A stretch of 25,118 nucleotides of DNA from a virus (Duplodnaviria; Caudoviricetes), in the IMG/VR virus record IMGVR_UViG_3300025300_000090, positions 1 to 25,118 of that record; one strand, 5' to 3'. The stretch's first letter is position 1. Every line of letters begins with the position of its first letter. Shown here in pieces: positions 1-8,328 of the stretch. Made by a program: the position numbers and the translations under genes. The notes beneath the pieces were generated by a model. The model saw nothing but the letters and a program-made list of their open reading frames with translations, was not told the origin of the DNA and did no database searches.

Positions 1-1704
1 ATGATATTCTTTATAGGCAGGTGTTGAGAGAACCAAGCCTCCTATCGAGGGGACGGAATTATCGCCTTCCATCTCTACGACACCACTGAAAGTAGAATCT
101 TCTGCGACCAGAAGTGTGTCTCGCATCTCTACGGGTCCCTCCATGTGAATGTAGGTCTCACAAGCCGTCACATATGGGCTTGAACCTACAGTGTGGCGCA
201 TGGTAGGACCAGAAGGACTTATATGAAACGATCCTTTATTGATTGCATGCTTAAGACCGTTAGTGCTTCCCCCGTCGATCACGAAGTTCCCCGCATTAAC
301 CTCCAAGTCTCCTACTACGAGTACCTTGTCGCTCTGCGTTTGGATAGAATGAGACGGATTAAACTGCATCAGCGGTCCGTCAGCATTAAACTTAATTAGT
401 TTCTCGCCCCCAAGGTTACTCTCAATTATGCCCGTCCCTGATGTCAGTACGATTTTCCCGCCAGGGAAAAAGTCTCCAGCCGTAGTAACGTCCCCATTCC
501 ACCTAATATCGACCATATTATCCCAACTCGTATCCTCAAGATTCCTTCTTGACATTAAGAATCCGATGTTGGAATTTCCCACGTCGTTCTTCGCACTCAA
601 TAACACCTCAGAGCCGCTTGTGTTGGTCCCGTGGCGAGATCGTATTTGTATTCCCGCTGCATTGCTCCCCTGCGAGTATTTCCCCACCCTTATCATTTCT
701 CTTTCTATCCCTGTATAGTTTAGGGCACCCGATCCTACCCGAAACTCCCCATCACTATTTATCCTAGAAAGATAACTTCCACCTTCGTCCTGCCACTCTT
801 GGAGATTGGCTGATGTAGTTTCTGACTTTCTACGGACTTGCAGAGCAACCGTGGTGTCCAGTGCGTTTACGTAGGGCTGTGAGACGACGTTTCTAGATGC
901 CCCGAAGTTTCTAACGGCTATAGCCACTCCGTCAGGGATTGCGGGGTCTGCACCACCAACAAGAGTCAGTGTGTAATTCTCGCCTGACACAGAAACCACG
1001 TAAGTCGCTGGAGACTGGATGACTCCACCTACCTCCACTAGATACATGTTGTCTACTTCTGAGGAGGGTACAGGGGATGCCAGTGTGTACACTCGATCAG
1101 ACCCTACCTCATCGTCTCCTGTAGTGAACGCCCAGTATTGTGGGTCCGTGGCTCCAAATGCTGTGCCATAGATTTGTAGGTTGTCTACGTACTCTTTGGT
1201 GACTACTTCGTCATCATTCACTGGTAGGGCTACGTTCTTTATTTGGGTAGCCACGCCACCTACCAGACCTGCTGCGGCATCCAGTTTACCATCTGTATCA
1301 AGCGTGATTTGTCCAGGGCCTCGCTCTTGGATTCCATATAGCAACTGTTTGTGCTGAGTGTTTAGATCGCTGGCTTTGAGAACACTACCGTCTGTGAAGG
1401 TTCTCTCAAGTTCTGAGGTAGGAGTAGTACGAGTGATCCGTACCATATCTGTGGCTGCTAAGACGGAATACTCATCAATTTCATCGAAGTCTAGAGTTAT
1501 CTTGAGTGAACCAGTAGTGTCTACGGTGAACTGCTCAGCGGTAAGGACAGTTTGGATTAGGGTCGTCCCATTGGTGATTATGACACCAAGGTGGTCCGTA
1601 GAGGAGTAGTTGAGTGTGAGGTTGTCGAAGATTCCATCGGTCTGCGTTAGAGCAACTACCTCGCCTCCTACGTCCACTCCAAAATCAATATAACTGTCTG
1701 CCAT
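1..1704 (-). CDS. Tail fibre protein, second paralog (T7 gp17-like N-terminal anchor); 3'-truncated by window edge, at least 568 aa
   Basis: Not in the ORF track because no stop lies inside the window. Hand translation from ATG at 1704 (AAGGA upstream): MADSYIDFGVDVGGEVV...DMVRITRTTPTSELERTFTDGSVLKASDLNTQHKQLLYGIQE...; frame open to position 1; colinear with the 1723..3912 protein for ~320 aa. Confidence 0.9.
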   Translation of the reverse strand, partial: MADSYIDFGVDVGGEVVALTQTDGIFDNLTLNYSSTDHLGVIITNGTTLIQTVLTAEQFTVDTTGSLKITLDFDEIDEYSVLAATDMVRITRTTPTSELERTFTDGSVLKASDLNTQHKQLLYGIQERGPGQITLDTDGKLDAAAGLVGGVATQIKNVALPVNDDEVVTKEYVDNLQIYGTAFGATDPQYWAFTTGDDEVGSDRVYTLASPVPSSEVDNMYLVEVGGVIQSPATYVVSVSGENYTLTLVGGADPAIPDGVAIAVRNFGASRNVVSQPYVNALDTTVALQVRRKSETTSANLQEWQDEGGSYLSRINSDGEFRVGSGALNYTGIEREMIRVGKYSQGSNAAGIQIRSRHGTNTSGSEVLLSAKNDVGNSNIGFLMSRRNLEDTSWDNMVDIRWNGDVTTAGDFFPGGKIVLTSGTGIIESNLGGEKLIKFNADGPLMQFNPSHSIQTQSDKVLVVGDLEVNAGNFVIDGGSTNGLKHAINKGSFHISPSGPTMRHTVGSSPYVTACETYIHMEGPVEMRDTLLVAEDSTFSGVVEMEGDNSVPSIGGLVLSTPAYKEYH

Positions 1705-1722
1705 TTTTTAGTTTCCTTTTAT

Positions 1723-3912
1723 TTATAGAGCCGACGTATATGCCAAGATTTCCCACTGAATCTCTGCGTATTTATCGCCGTTGTAACTGCTGTGCATGTT
1801 TATGAGAGCAGAATTATCATTTTTCGTGACGAAGTTGACTTTTATGGGGTCAATCAGGAGGTCTTGCGAGCCACCGCTGGCCTTATTCAGTATTCTAACT
1901 TTTACTTCATAATTTGCGGCACCAATGTCAGCCAGATTTCCTGAAAAAGTCAAAGTTATGTCGTCGGTGTTGTTGGTGGTTACAGTTACGTCGCCATCAT
2001 CAATGTGCCAATAAGGGGTGTAGGTATCAACTCTGTCATTGCTATCCACTTTGATTCTTGCTCCCCCAGTTGCCATAAGAGCAAATGTTCCTACCTTTGG
2101 CGCAAGTTCATCCACATAACCCTTAGTAGCCGCATCCGTAGCGTCTGTGGGTTCTGCCATGTTCTTGATTTGACAGTCGCTCCCGCTAGGTGTTGTCGCC
2201 TGAGTGAAACCTAAGTCAAGGTATCCGTTCTCTCTAATAGCCAAAAGTCCAGTGCAATATACGGAATCACTTTTTGCTAATATGGAGTGATCGTTATTAT
2301 AATAAAGGGATGGACCGCTTCCTGTCAACCACCCAACTGATCCAGTATACTCAGAAGACTTAATCAATCCCTCCCCTTTAAGCGTAATGATTCCACTGCT
2401 TGATTCGGGACTCACGATAATTCCGCCGTCTACTGTGAGGTCTCCTTCGGAAGTCTCTAGGGGTCCTTTTACGTATGTCTTATCACTGCGCACACTAAGA
2501 TAGCGGTCAGTGCTATATTGCATGACAGGACCGCTTGTATGAAAGTAGATTACACCAGGATTTGTGGCTTCATTTGTAGACCTGATTCCCGGACTGCCCT
2601 CCGTGGGGGGTATTCGTATTGAGTCAGCGGTAAGTTGTCCAGCCGCCGTAATGGCTCCCCCCACCGTGGTTTTGAATACTAACTCTGTCCCATGATATTG
2701 GGCAATACATGAAGAAGCCGGGTTTGCTCCTGACTTTCCCGAAATACGAATACGCGAGAATTGGTTGGCGGCATCGTCGCTTTCATATCTTCCTAGATGA
2801 ATACCTGCCGTGTTCGCGGCTGTAAAGTTTCCTATTTCGATTCCTAGTCCTGTTACCTGTGTATCGCTGTCGTCGTGAGTTCCATCTAACGCCCAGCCAC
2901 TAGAAATTAAGATGTTGGGATCGTCAATACCGCCCTTGCCTATTCGGAGAGACCCCACATTATTAAAGTAAGCAAGAGTATCTCCACTTTCATCTTGCCA
3001 CTCTTGAAGAGGTCCTTCTGTACTCGCACTGAGCCTTCGCACTTGCAAAGCCACGGTTGTAGTAAGATCGTCTGCGTGTTGATACGGCTGCGATATGACG
3101 TTTCTGGAGGCTCCAAAGTTTCTTACAATGATCTCTACGCCATCATCTTCAATATTTGTAGCACCCCCAACAAGCGTTAAGTAGTACACTCCCGAAACGA
3201 GAGTTACTGTATAAGTTTCGGGGTCTTGTAGAACACCTCCTGCCTCAACAAGAAACATGTTTGATGAGGTAGTCGCTGGGTCAGGGGTGGCTAAAGTATA
3301 CACTCGATTAGCAGGCGTGGTGTCAGAAATATCAGCCTCTGCTGTTGTAAACGTCCAATACTGAGGGTCCCCCGCACCAAAGGCCGATCCATAGACAGCG
3401 GCGGAATCTACATACCCTTTTGTTGCTACTTCATTGTCGAAGTCAGGGCGTGCTACATTCTTGATCTGTGTGGCTACTCCAGCGAGATTAGAAGCAGCAT
3501 CCAGTTTACCATCGGTGTCTATGGTAATGTCACCCTTGCCTCGCTCTTGGATACCCAGTAACAACTGCTTGTTCTGCGTATTGATATCGCTGGCTTTAAG
3601 GACGGAGCCGTCTACGAAGGTTCTTTCTGCGACAGTCGTGGGGGTCGTTCTGTAGACTCGCACCATGTCTATGGGTGCTAATGAATCGTAATTATCGATG
3701 GCAGAGAAAGTCAGTTGGATCACGGTTCCAGTATCTGTAGATACCGTGAATTGATCCGTGGTTAAATCAATTTTGTCTAGAGAAGCCCCGTTTGTAATGG
3801 TTACGCCGAAGTGAGCCGTGGAGACGTAGTCCAGCGTTATGGGGAACGCACCGCCTTGCTGGGCTTCACTGAGTTCTCCTATGACCCCAAAGTCGGTATA
3901 ATTATCTGCCAT
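1723..3912 (-). CDS. gp17: Tail fibre protein with T7 gp17-like N-terminal anchor
   Basis: 729 aa; VRVYRTTP...TFVDGSVLKASDIN...QLLLGIQE matches the gp17 N-terminal signature; directly follows the gp16-position gene; two IKNxAxP...ATKGYVD fibre motifs; RBS TAAGGA. Confidence 0.9.
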   Translation of the reverse strand: MADNYTDFGVIGELSEAQQGGAFPITLDYVSTAHFGVTITNGASLDKIDLTTDQFTVSTDTGTVIQLTFSAIDNYDSLAPIDMVRVYRTTPTTVAERTFVDGSVLKASDINTQNKQLLLGIQERGKGDITIDTDGKLDAASNLAGVATQIKNVARPDFDNEVATKGYVDSAAVYGSAFGAGDPQYWTFTTAEADISDTTPANRVYTLATPDPATTSSNMFLVEAGGVLQDPETYTVTLVSGVYYLTLVGGATNIEDDGVEIIVRNFGASRNVISQPYQHADDLTTTVALQVRRLSASTEGPLQEWQDESGDTLAYFNNVGSLRIGKGGIDDPNILISSGWALDGTHDDSDTQVTGLGIEIGNFTAANTAGIHLGRYESDDAANQFSRIRISGKSGANPASSCIAQYHGTELVFKTTVGGAITAAGQLTADSIRIPPTEGSPGIRSTNEATNPGVIYFHTSGPVMQYSTDRYLSVRSDKTYVKGPLETSEGDLTVDGGIIVSPESSSGIITLKGEGLIKSSEYTGSVGWLTGSGPSLYYNNDHSILAKSDSVYCTGLLAIRENGYLDLGFTQATTPSGSDCQIKNMAEPTDATDAATKGYVDELAPKVGTFALMATGGARIKVDSNDRVDTYTPYWHIDDGDVTVTTNNTDDITLTFSGNLADIGAANYEVKVRILNKASGGSQDLLIDPIKVNFVTKNDNSALINMHSSYNGDKYAEIQWEILAYTSAL

Positions 3913-3922
3913 TGTTTAATCC

Positions 3923-6900
3923 TTATTTCTTCTCTGGAATATTTGCTGGGTTTATGAATAGTCTGTCTATTCCCTGATCTACGCCGGGCATCTTCATCAT
4001 CCATATAAGAGATTTGAAATTCCTTAAGTCTTCTTTAGATAATTTGTCACCTCTGAACATCGCACCAGTGCCTTCTCTGAATGCTCTCCAGCCCTTTCCG
4101 TATAGTATGCTATATGGGACAGAGCCTCTGATTGGGTCAATGCCTAGTCCTGTTGTCCTCATAGATGGATCAAATACAGGCTCTTTGCCTATGAGCCACG
4201 ATGCGCTGTCGATGAGCATTGGGAATATACTAGAATATGAGCCTTTTAAGATTCCTGCTTTAATCAACTGATCTTCTTGGAATCGCCTAGCCAAGTATAG
4301 TTTTCTCTCGTATTCATCCATAGAAGCCGCGCGGTAGTACGTCTGCATCTTATATGCGAGTATGCCAAGAGCAGCAGAGCCTACCATGTTTGCGGCTTCT
4401 GTTGCGTCTAAACGAGAAACACCAGCCGCTAGTTGTTTGGATTTAGAAGCAAGCATGAACACTCTATATTGTGCAAAGAGTTTTCCTAAGCCTGTATTCA
4501 CCCAAGCAGGAGACTCTCCAAATGACTGGCGTTGAATCGTATGATCAGTGTGCCGCTTCAGAGCCAACGCAAACTTATCCATGATATATAGGTCTTTTAT
4601 GTTCTCTTGATTAAAGGATTTGACTGCATAGTTCCCGAATATACCGCTTTTTTCCACCTTTATTATATCGGTGTTTCTCAACTCCTTGAAGAGCCTGTCT
4701 AAGTCAGCCTCGTCCAGACCTATTTCTGACATACGTTTCTTAGAGTTCTTCCACCACCCCTTGCTTAGAGTGACCGCTTTCCCATCCCACTTATATGCTT
4801 CATTTACAAAATGTTGGAATGATGCCTGCCTCGCCCATGTCCTTAAAAAGGTATCCATAGGCATGATGCCAGTAGGAGCCAAGGCTGCGGCCATGCGGCC
4901 ATATTCAGTATACCCAAGAATACCCTTAGCCACATAATCTTCATCAAACTGCATCTCATCTAGCCTTCTTATCATGTGGTCGCCTATGCGATAATCGACA
5001 CATCCCGCAAAAGTTTCTATTTCTGCCGCGACATCATCGGTCATTGCTCTACCAATAAGACCCAACCCCTGCCGTCCCTTGGCAAGGTCTGCTATACCCA
5101 TAGTAAAAATGCCTGCCGTATCTTTCAGACTAGGCATTGTTCCAAGGGCTGCTTTGGTACTTGTTCTCGCTACTAAAGAAGCAATTTCTGGAACTTGAGC
5201 AAAGCCCAGCGTTGGTCCAATAGTCCCCTGTGCGAAGGCATTCATCGCCATGATATGCTGCATTTTTTGCTTGTCCATATAAATAGGCTGTCCAGTCAAT
5301 GCTCTGTATGTATGATCGGCAGCCCACATAACAAAATCAGCATCATCTCCTGCTTCCAATGCTTCCTTCTGTAGCCTATTTAATAAGGTCTGTATGGTAG
5401 TATTGGGCTTGCCTGTCAAGGCTTCCATGCCTTTTCTTACCTCCACCCCCGCCGATATTCTCTGAGCATACATAGAAAGAGAATGGAGGAGGCTGTTGTT
5501 GAAAAGTTCGTCAATACGAACAACCCTGCTAGGCTGCGTCTTGTCGAGTGGCTGCATAGTCATCTCAAACATTTCATCCATAGCGTGTCGTCGTTTGCCA
5601 TAAGAAATGTGAGGCTCTCGCTCTAAATGTGGAATAATCAAGTCCATAAAGGATTCTACGATGTCCTCTGAAAATTCTCCCGCCTTCTTTAATTCTGCCG
5701 TTAGAGACTCTTGTATTGGGTCTAGTAAATACTGTTGTGTGTCTTTCCAGTGTCTGTGTGGCTGCGGATTTCTTGCAACATCTAGTATGTGTTTCCCTAG
5801 AATTTTTGCGGCTGCCTCAGTCTTCACTATCGCTTCAAACGACTTGTGATTCCTTATTGCTCCAGTTACAAGAGCATTAAGTTGGGGTTTCCCCATTTCT
5901 TCATCAAGCGCAATCGCTTTAGGACCACTCCAATTTCTGGGAAAGTACATCGGATCATCAGGAATTGCGTCAACGAAAACCCCGTTGTCTTGTCCGTGTT
6001 TTTTAGCAAACCTGAAGAACTTACGAATAGCAGCGACGGCATGCGCTGTTGCAGGGTCAGTAGGGTCTCCCTCAGTCCTTACAGCAGCCACAATAACATC
6101 ATCTTCTAGTTTTCCCCCCGCCTTTCTCGCCATGTCTCTTGCTTTTATTACTTCAGGCCACACCGAGTCTATCAGTCTTCTTCTGTTCATGTTAGACGCT
6201 GTCCACACATTGTATCCATGTTCTCTAGGGACTTCTAGAAAAGCCTTAGTAAACCGTCTTGTAAACTCACTCTTATCAGCCAGCAGTCGGTAAGAAACGG
6301 GAGTTGTAGCAACATCAGGACCTATTTTATCAATCGCTCTAGCAACAGTCTCTCTGCCTCCTTCTCCATGTCCTGTGATTTTGAATTGTCCGGGGTCTAT
6401 TCCTATTTCATCCACCTTGAGATGGACCATATAAGGTCCGGGGCCTACGCTTCTAACCTTGCCCCCAACAACCAGTGCGCTGTCTGGAACCCCTGATACG
6501 GGGTGTGGAGCATCTATTACTGGTGCTGTCCCCTTAGCCATCTTGCTTTTGGCTGCAAGTGCAGTCTCAGTTCTGCCAACAACTTGAGATGCATCTAGCA
6601 CCATCCATTGTTGCCCATCCTTGACTCCATCAAATCCTTCAGACCGAAGCATCTTTGTAATTGTTCCGGGACTCACCGCAGTTTCATAAAAGTGCTTATT
6701 TCCCCTTCTTGCAATTTCAGCACTCGCCCAGTTAGCATCCACCTTTTTTGCCATCTCAGCGTGAAGGATTTTCATGGCTTTTTTCCCCCACTCACTTGTT
6801 CCCCTGATAAACGGCTTTTTAATATTTAATAGAACTTCATGTACAACCCCACCAGCCCTCTTTGCATATCCTTCAGCCACTGATCGTCGAAGATCGAAAT

Positions 6901-8326
6901 AGATGCCACGACCAGTCAACGCGAGTGATCTTGGCGTATCCTTTGGCGACAAATTTGATACCCTTGCTGCTCTGCCTCCGTGAAAAACAGTCACAGGATT
7001 CCCTCCATCATCTACAACCTTTGTGCCAGTAACCTCATGTTTAACACCTAGTTTCCTACGGGCTTCTGCGATATCCTTGCGAATATCGGAATGCTTTCTT
7101 TTATATACTTTTATATCAAGAGTCTTAGCCTGGTCAAACATCTCTCGTTTACTGAGCGATTCTACTGCTTCCATTCGACGTGCTTCAGCAATATCTGCAC
7201 GAATATCAGAATGTTTTCTTTTGTATGTTTTGATGCCCAGTCGCTCCGCCTGAGTGAACATTCCTTTTCGACTAAGCGACTTTATTAGTGGGACATGGCC
7301 GAGGGCTTCCATTCGACGTGCTTCAGAAATATCTTTACGAATAGCGGACTGTGTTCTTCTGGAAACGCGGCCTTTCACACTGTCGATTGTTTTGATACCA
7401 AGAGCCTCTGCTTCTTTGAACATATCCACTCGACTGAGTGCGCCTGCGGATTCAACGAATTCATCATAGGGAACCACTGTCACCTTGACTTGCTCTTGCA
7501 TTGTTCTATCAACAACCTCTTTCAGAGTGTCATCACCCGCTTCCGAATGCAGAGCCGCTGCTTGTTTCAGTTGTGCTGCTTTAGACATATCCTGAAGTTC
7601 TCTCAAGAACAAGCCGGGCTTCCATGCAGCAAGTCCACTACCTAGCACTCCCGAAGCACCTACAGCAATCATTGCATCTAGTGGTCGTAGAGTCTTGTCG
7701 AGAGCATATCTAGTAGTCTCCAGAGGGATATCTATTGCTGTAGTGATTGCCAGTGCTTTGCCTATTGCTCTCGCTCTGGTCACTCGACCAGCAGCATTAC
7801 CTAGTCCCGCTACGGTTCCCGCTGGACCTCCCACAGCCGACGCTAGTAGAGTCAACAAGACCGCTTCGCCCCCAGCAGCAACCATCACCATCCCAAAGCC
7901 GGAAGCCATTCCTAAAGGCCCTCCAGAGAATAACTCAGCACGTCTCTTCATGGTCATTCGTGCTTCATTTGTTTCATACAGAAATTCTGAAAAGGACTCA
8001 GAACTTGTGGCAACTCGCTGTGCAGTGTGAGGGTCTAGGTCTGATGCATACTTCTTTATATCTTCATCAGTAATTACATATCCTGTTTCTTTGAAATCAG
8101 GACTGGTCATTGATCTATACAGTTCCCCCGCTACTGTTTCACCTACAAAAGCGTTGTGAAGTTTCCCTAAGAAACCTATGTTTTTATCTGCTCGATATTT
8201 GTAGATGTTATTAAATTCTCTACGAGTTCTTTCAGCAGGAATGTCTGGTGTCCATAATTCTGAAAGAGACACGGGACGAGAGGGGTCAACTCCGCCGTCT
8301 TCTGGCGTTATTTGTGGATCAGCCAT
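3923..8326 (-). CDS. gp16: Internal virion (ejection) protein D, gp16-like, with internal repeats and an ART-like domain
   Basis: 1467 aa; last and largest core gene before the fibre; YFPRNW motif and C-terminal GLGKLFAQYRVF region resemble gp16 family; hydrophobic Gly/Ala segments near aa 135-235; RBS GAGGA. Confidence 0.8.
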   Translation of the reverse strand: MADPQITPEDGGVDPSRPVSLSELWTPDIPAERTRREFNNIYKYRADKNIGFLGKLHNAFVGETVAGELYRSMTSPDFKETGYVITDEDIKKYASDLDPHTAQRVATSSESFSEFLYETNEARMTMKRRAELFSGGPLGMASGFGMVMVAAGGEAVLLTLLASAVGGPAGTVAGLGNAAGRVTRARAIGKALAITTAIDIPLETTRYALDKTLRPLDAMIAVGASGVLGSGLAAWKPGLFLRELQDMSKAAQLKQAAALHSEAGDDTLKEVVDRTMQEQVKVTVVPYDEFVESAGALSRVDMFKEAEALGIKTIDSVKGRVSRRTQSAIRKDISEARRMEALGHVPLIKSLSRKGMFTQAERLGIKTYKRKHSDIRADIAEARRMEAVESLSKREMFDQAKTLDIKVYKRKHSDIRKDIAEARRKLGVKHEVTGTKVVDDGGNPVTVFHGGRAARVSNLSPKDTPRSLALTGRGIYFDLRRSVAEGYAKRAGGVVHEVLLNIKKPFIRGTSEWGKKAMKILHAEMAKKVDANWASAEIARRGNKHFYETAVSPGTITKMLRSEGFDGVKDGQQWMVLDASQVVGRTETALAAKSKMAKGTAPVIDAPHPVSGVPDSALVVGGKVRSVGPGPYMVHLKVDEIGIDPGQFKITGHGEGGRETVARAIDKIGPDVATTPVSYRLLADKSEFTRRFTKAFLEVPREHGYNVWTASNMNRRRLIDSVWPEVIKARDMARKAGGKLEDDVIVAAVRTEGDPTDPATAHAVAAIRKFFRFAKKHGQDNGVFVDAIPDDPMYFPRNWSGPKAIALDEEMGKPQLNALVTGAIRNHKSFEAIVKTEAAAKILGKHILDVARNPQPHRHWKDTQQYLLDPIQESLTAELKKAGEFSEDIVESFMDLIIPHLEREPHISYGKRRHAMDEMFEMTMQPLDKTQPSRVVRIDELFNNSLLHSLSMYAQRISAGVEVRKGMEALTGKPNTTIQTLLNRLQKEALEAGDDADFVMWAADHTYRALTGQPIYMDKQKMQHIMAMNAFAQGTIGPTLGFAQVPEIASLVARTSTKAALGTMPSLKDTAGIFTMGIADLAKGRQGLGLIGRAMTDDVAAEIETFAGCVDYRIGDHMIRRLDEMQFDEDYVAKGILGYTEYGRMAAALAPTGIMPMDTFLRTWARQASFQHFVNEAYKWDGKAVTLSKGWWKNSKKRMSEIGLDEADLDRLFKELRNTDIIKVEKSGIFGNYAVKSFNQENIKDLYIMDKFALALKRHTDHTIQRQSFGESPAWVNTGLGKLFAQYRVFMLASKSKQLAAGVSRLDATEAANMVGSAALGILAYKMQTYYRAASMDEYERKLYLARRFQEDQLIKAGILKGSYSSIFPMLIDSASWLIGKEPVFDPSMRTTGLGIDPIRGSVPYSILYGKGWRAFREGTGAMFRGDKLSKEDLRNFKSLIWMMKMPGVDQGIDRLFINPANIPEKK
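6581..7027 (-). other. ADP-ribosyltransferase-like domain (ART-PolyVal type) inside gp16, aa ~434-582
   Basis: TKVVDDGGNPVTVFHGG ... GRGIYFD ... AEGYA ... VHEVLLNIKKPF ... LRSEGFDGV ... WMVLDASQV reproduces the motif order of ART domains in phage/plasmid polyvalent proteins. Confidence 0.75.
7046..7438 (-). repeat. Three tandem ~37-46 aa repeats in gp16 (LSxxxMFxxAxxLxIKx...SxIRxDIxEARR)
   Basis: Visible in protein and DNA: identical 22-mer gcttccattcgacgtgcttcag at 7167..7188 and 7305..7326; near-identical 27-mers at 7080..7106 and 7200..7226. Confidence 0.95.
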
Positions 8327-8328
8327 TT

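Noticed and set aside
1-30. Off-frame LPIKNI at the window edge resembling the fibre QIKNM motif, suggesting a frameshift
   Set aside because: The main frame stays open to position 1 and only a few codons are visible; coincidence, a contig-end error and a real shift cannot be told apart.
1-3912. Diversity-generating retroelement or invertible fibre cassette
   Set aside because: No reverse transcriptase or invertase in the window, paralogs are in direct orientation, and differences are not adenine-specific.
7046-7438. CRISPR-like array interpretation of the gp16 repeats
   Set aside because: Repeats are in-frame, degenerate at synonymous positions and spaced 120-138 nt apart; they are protein repeats.
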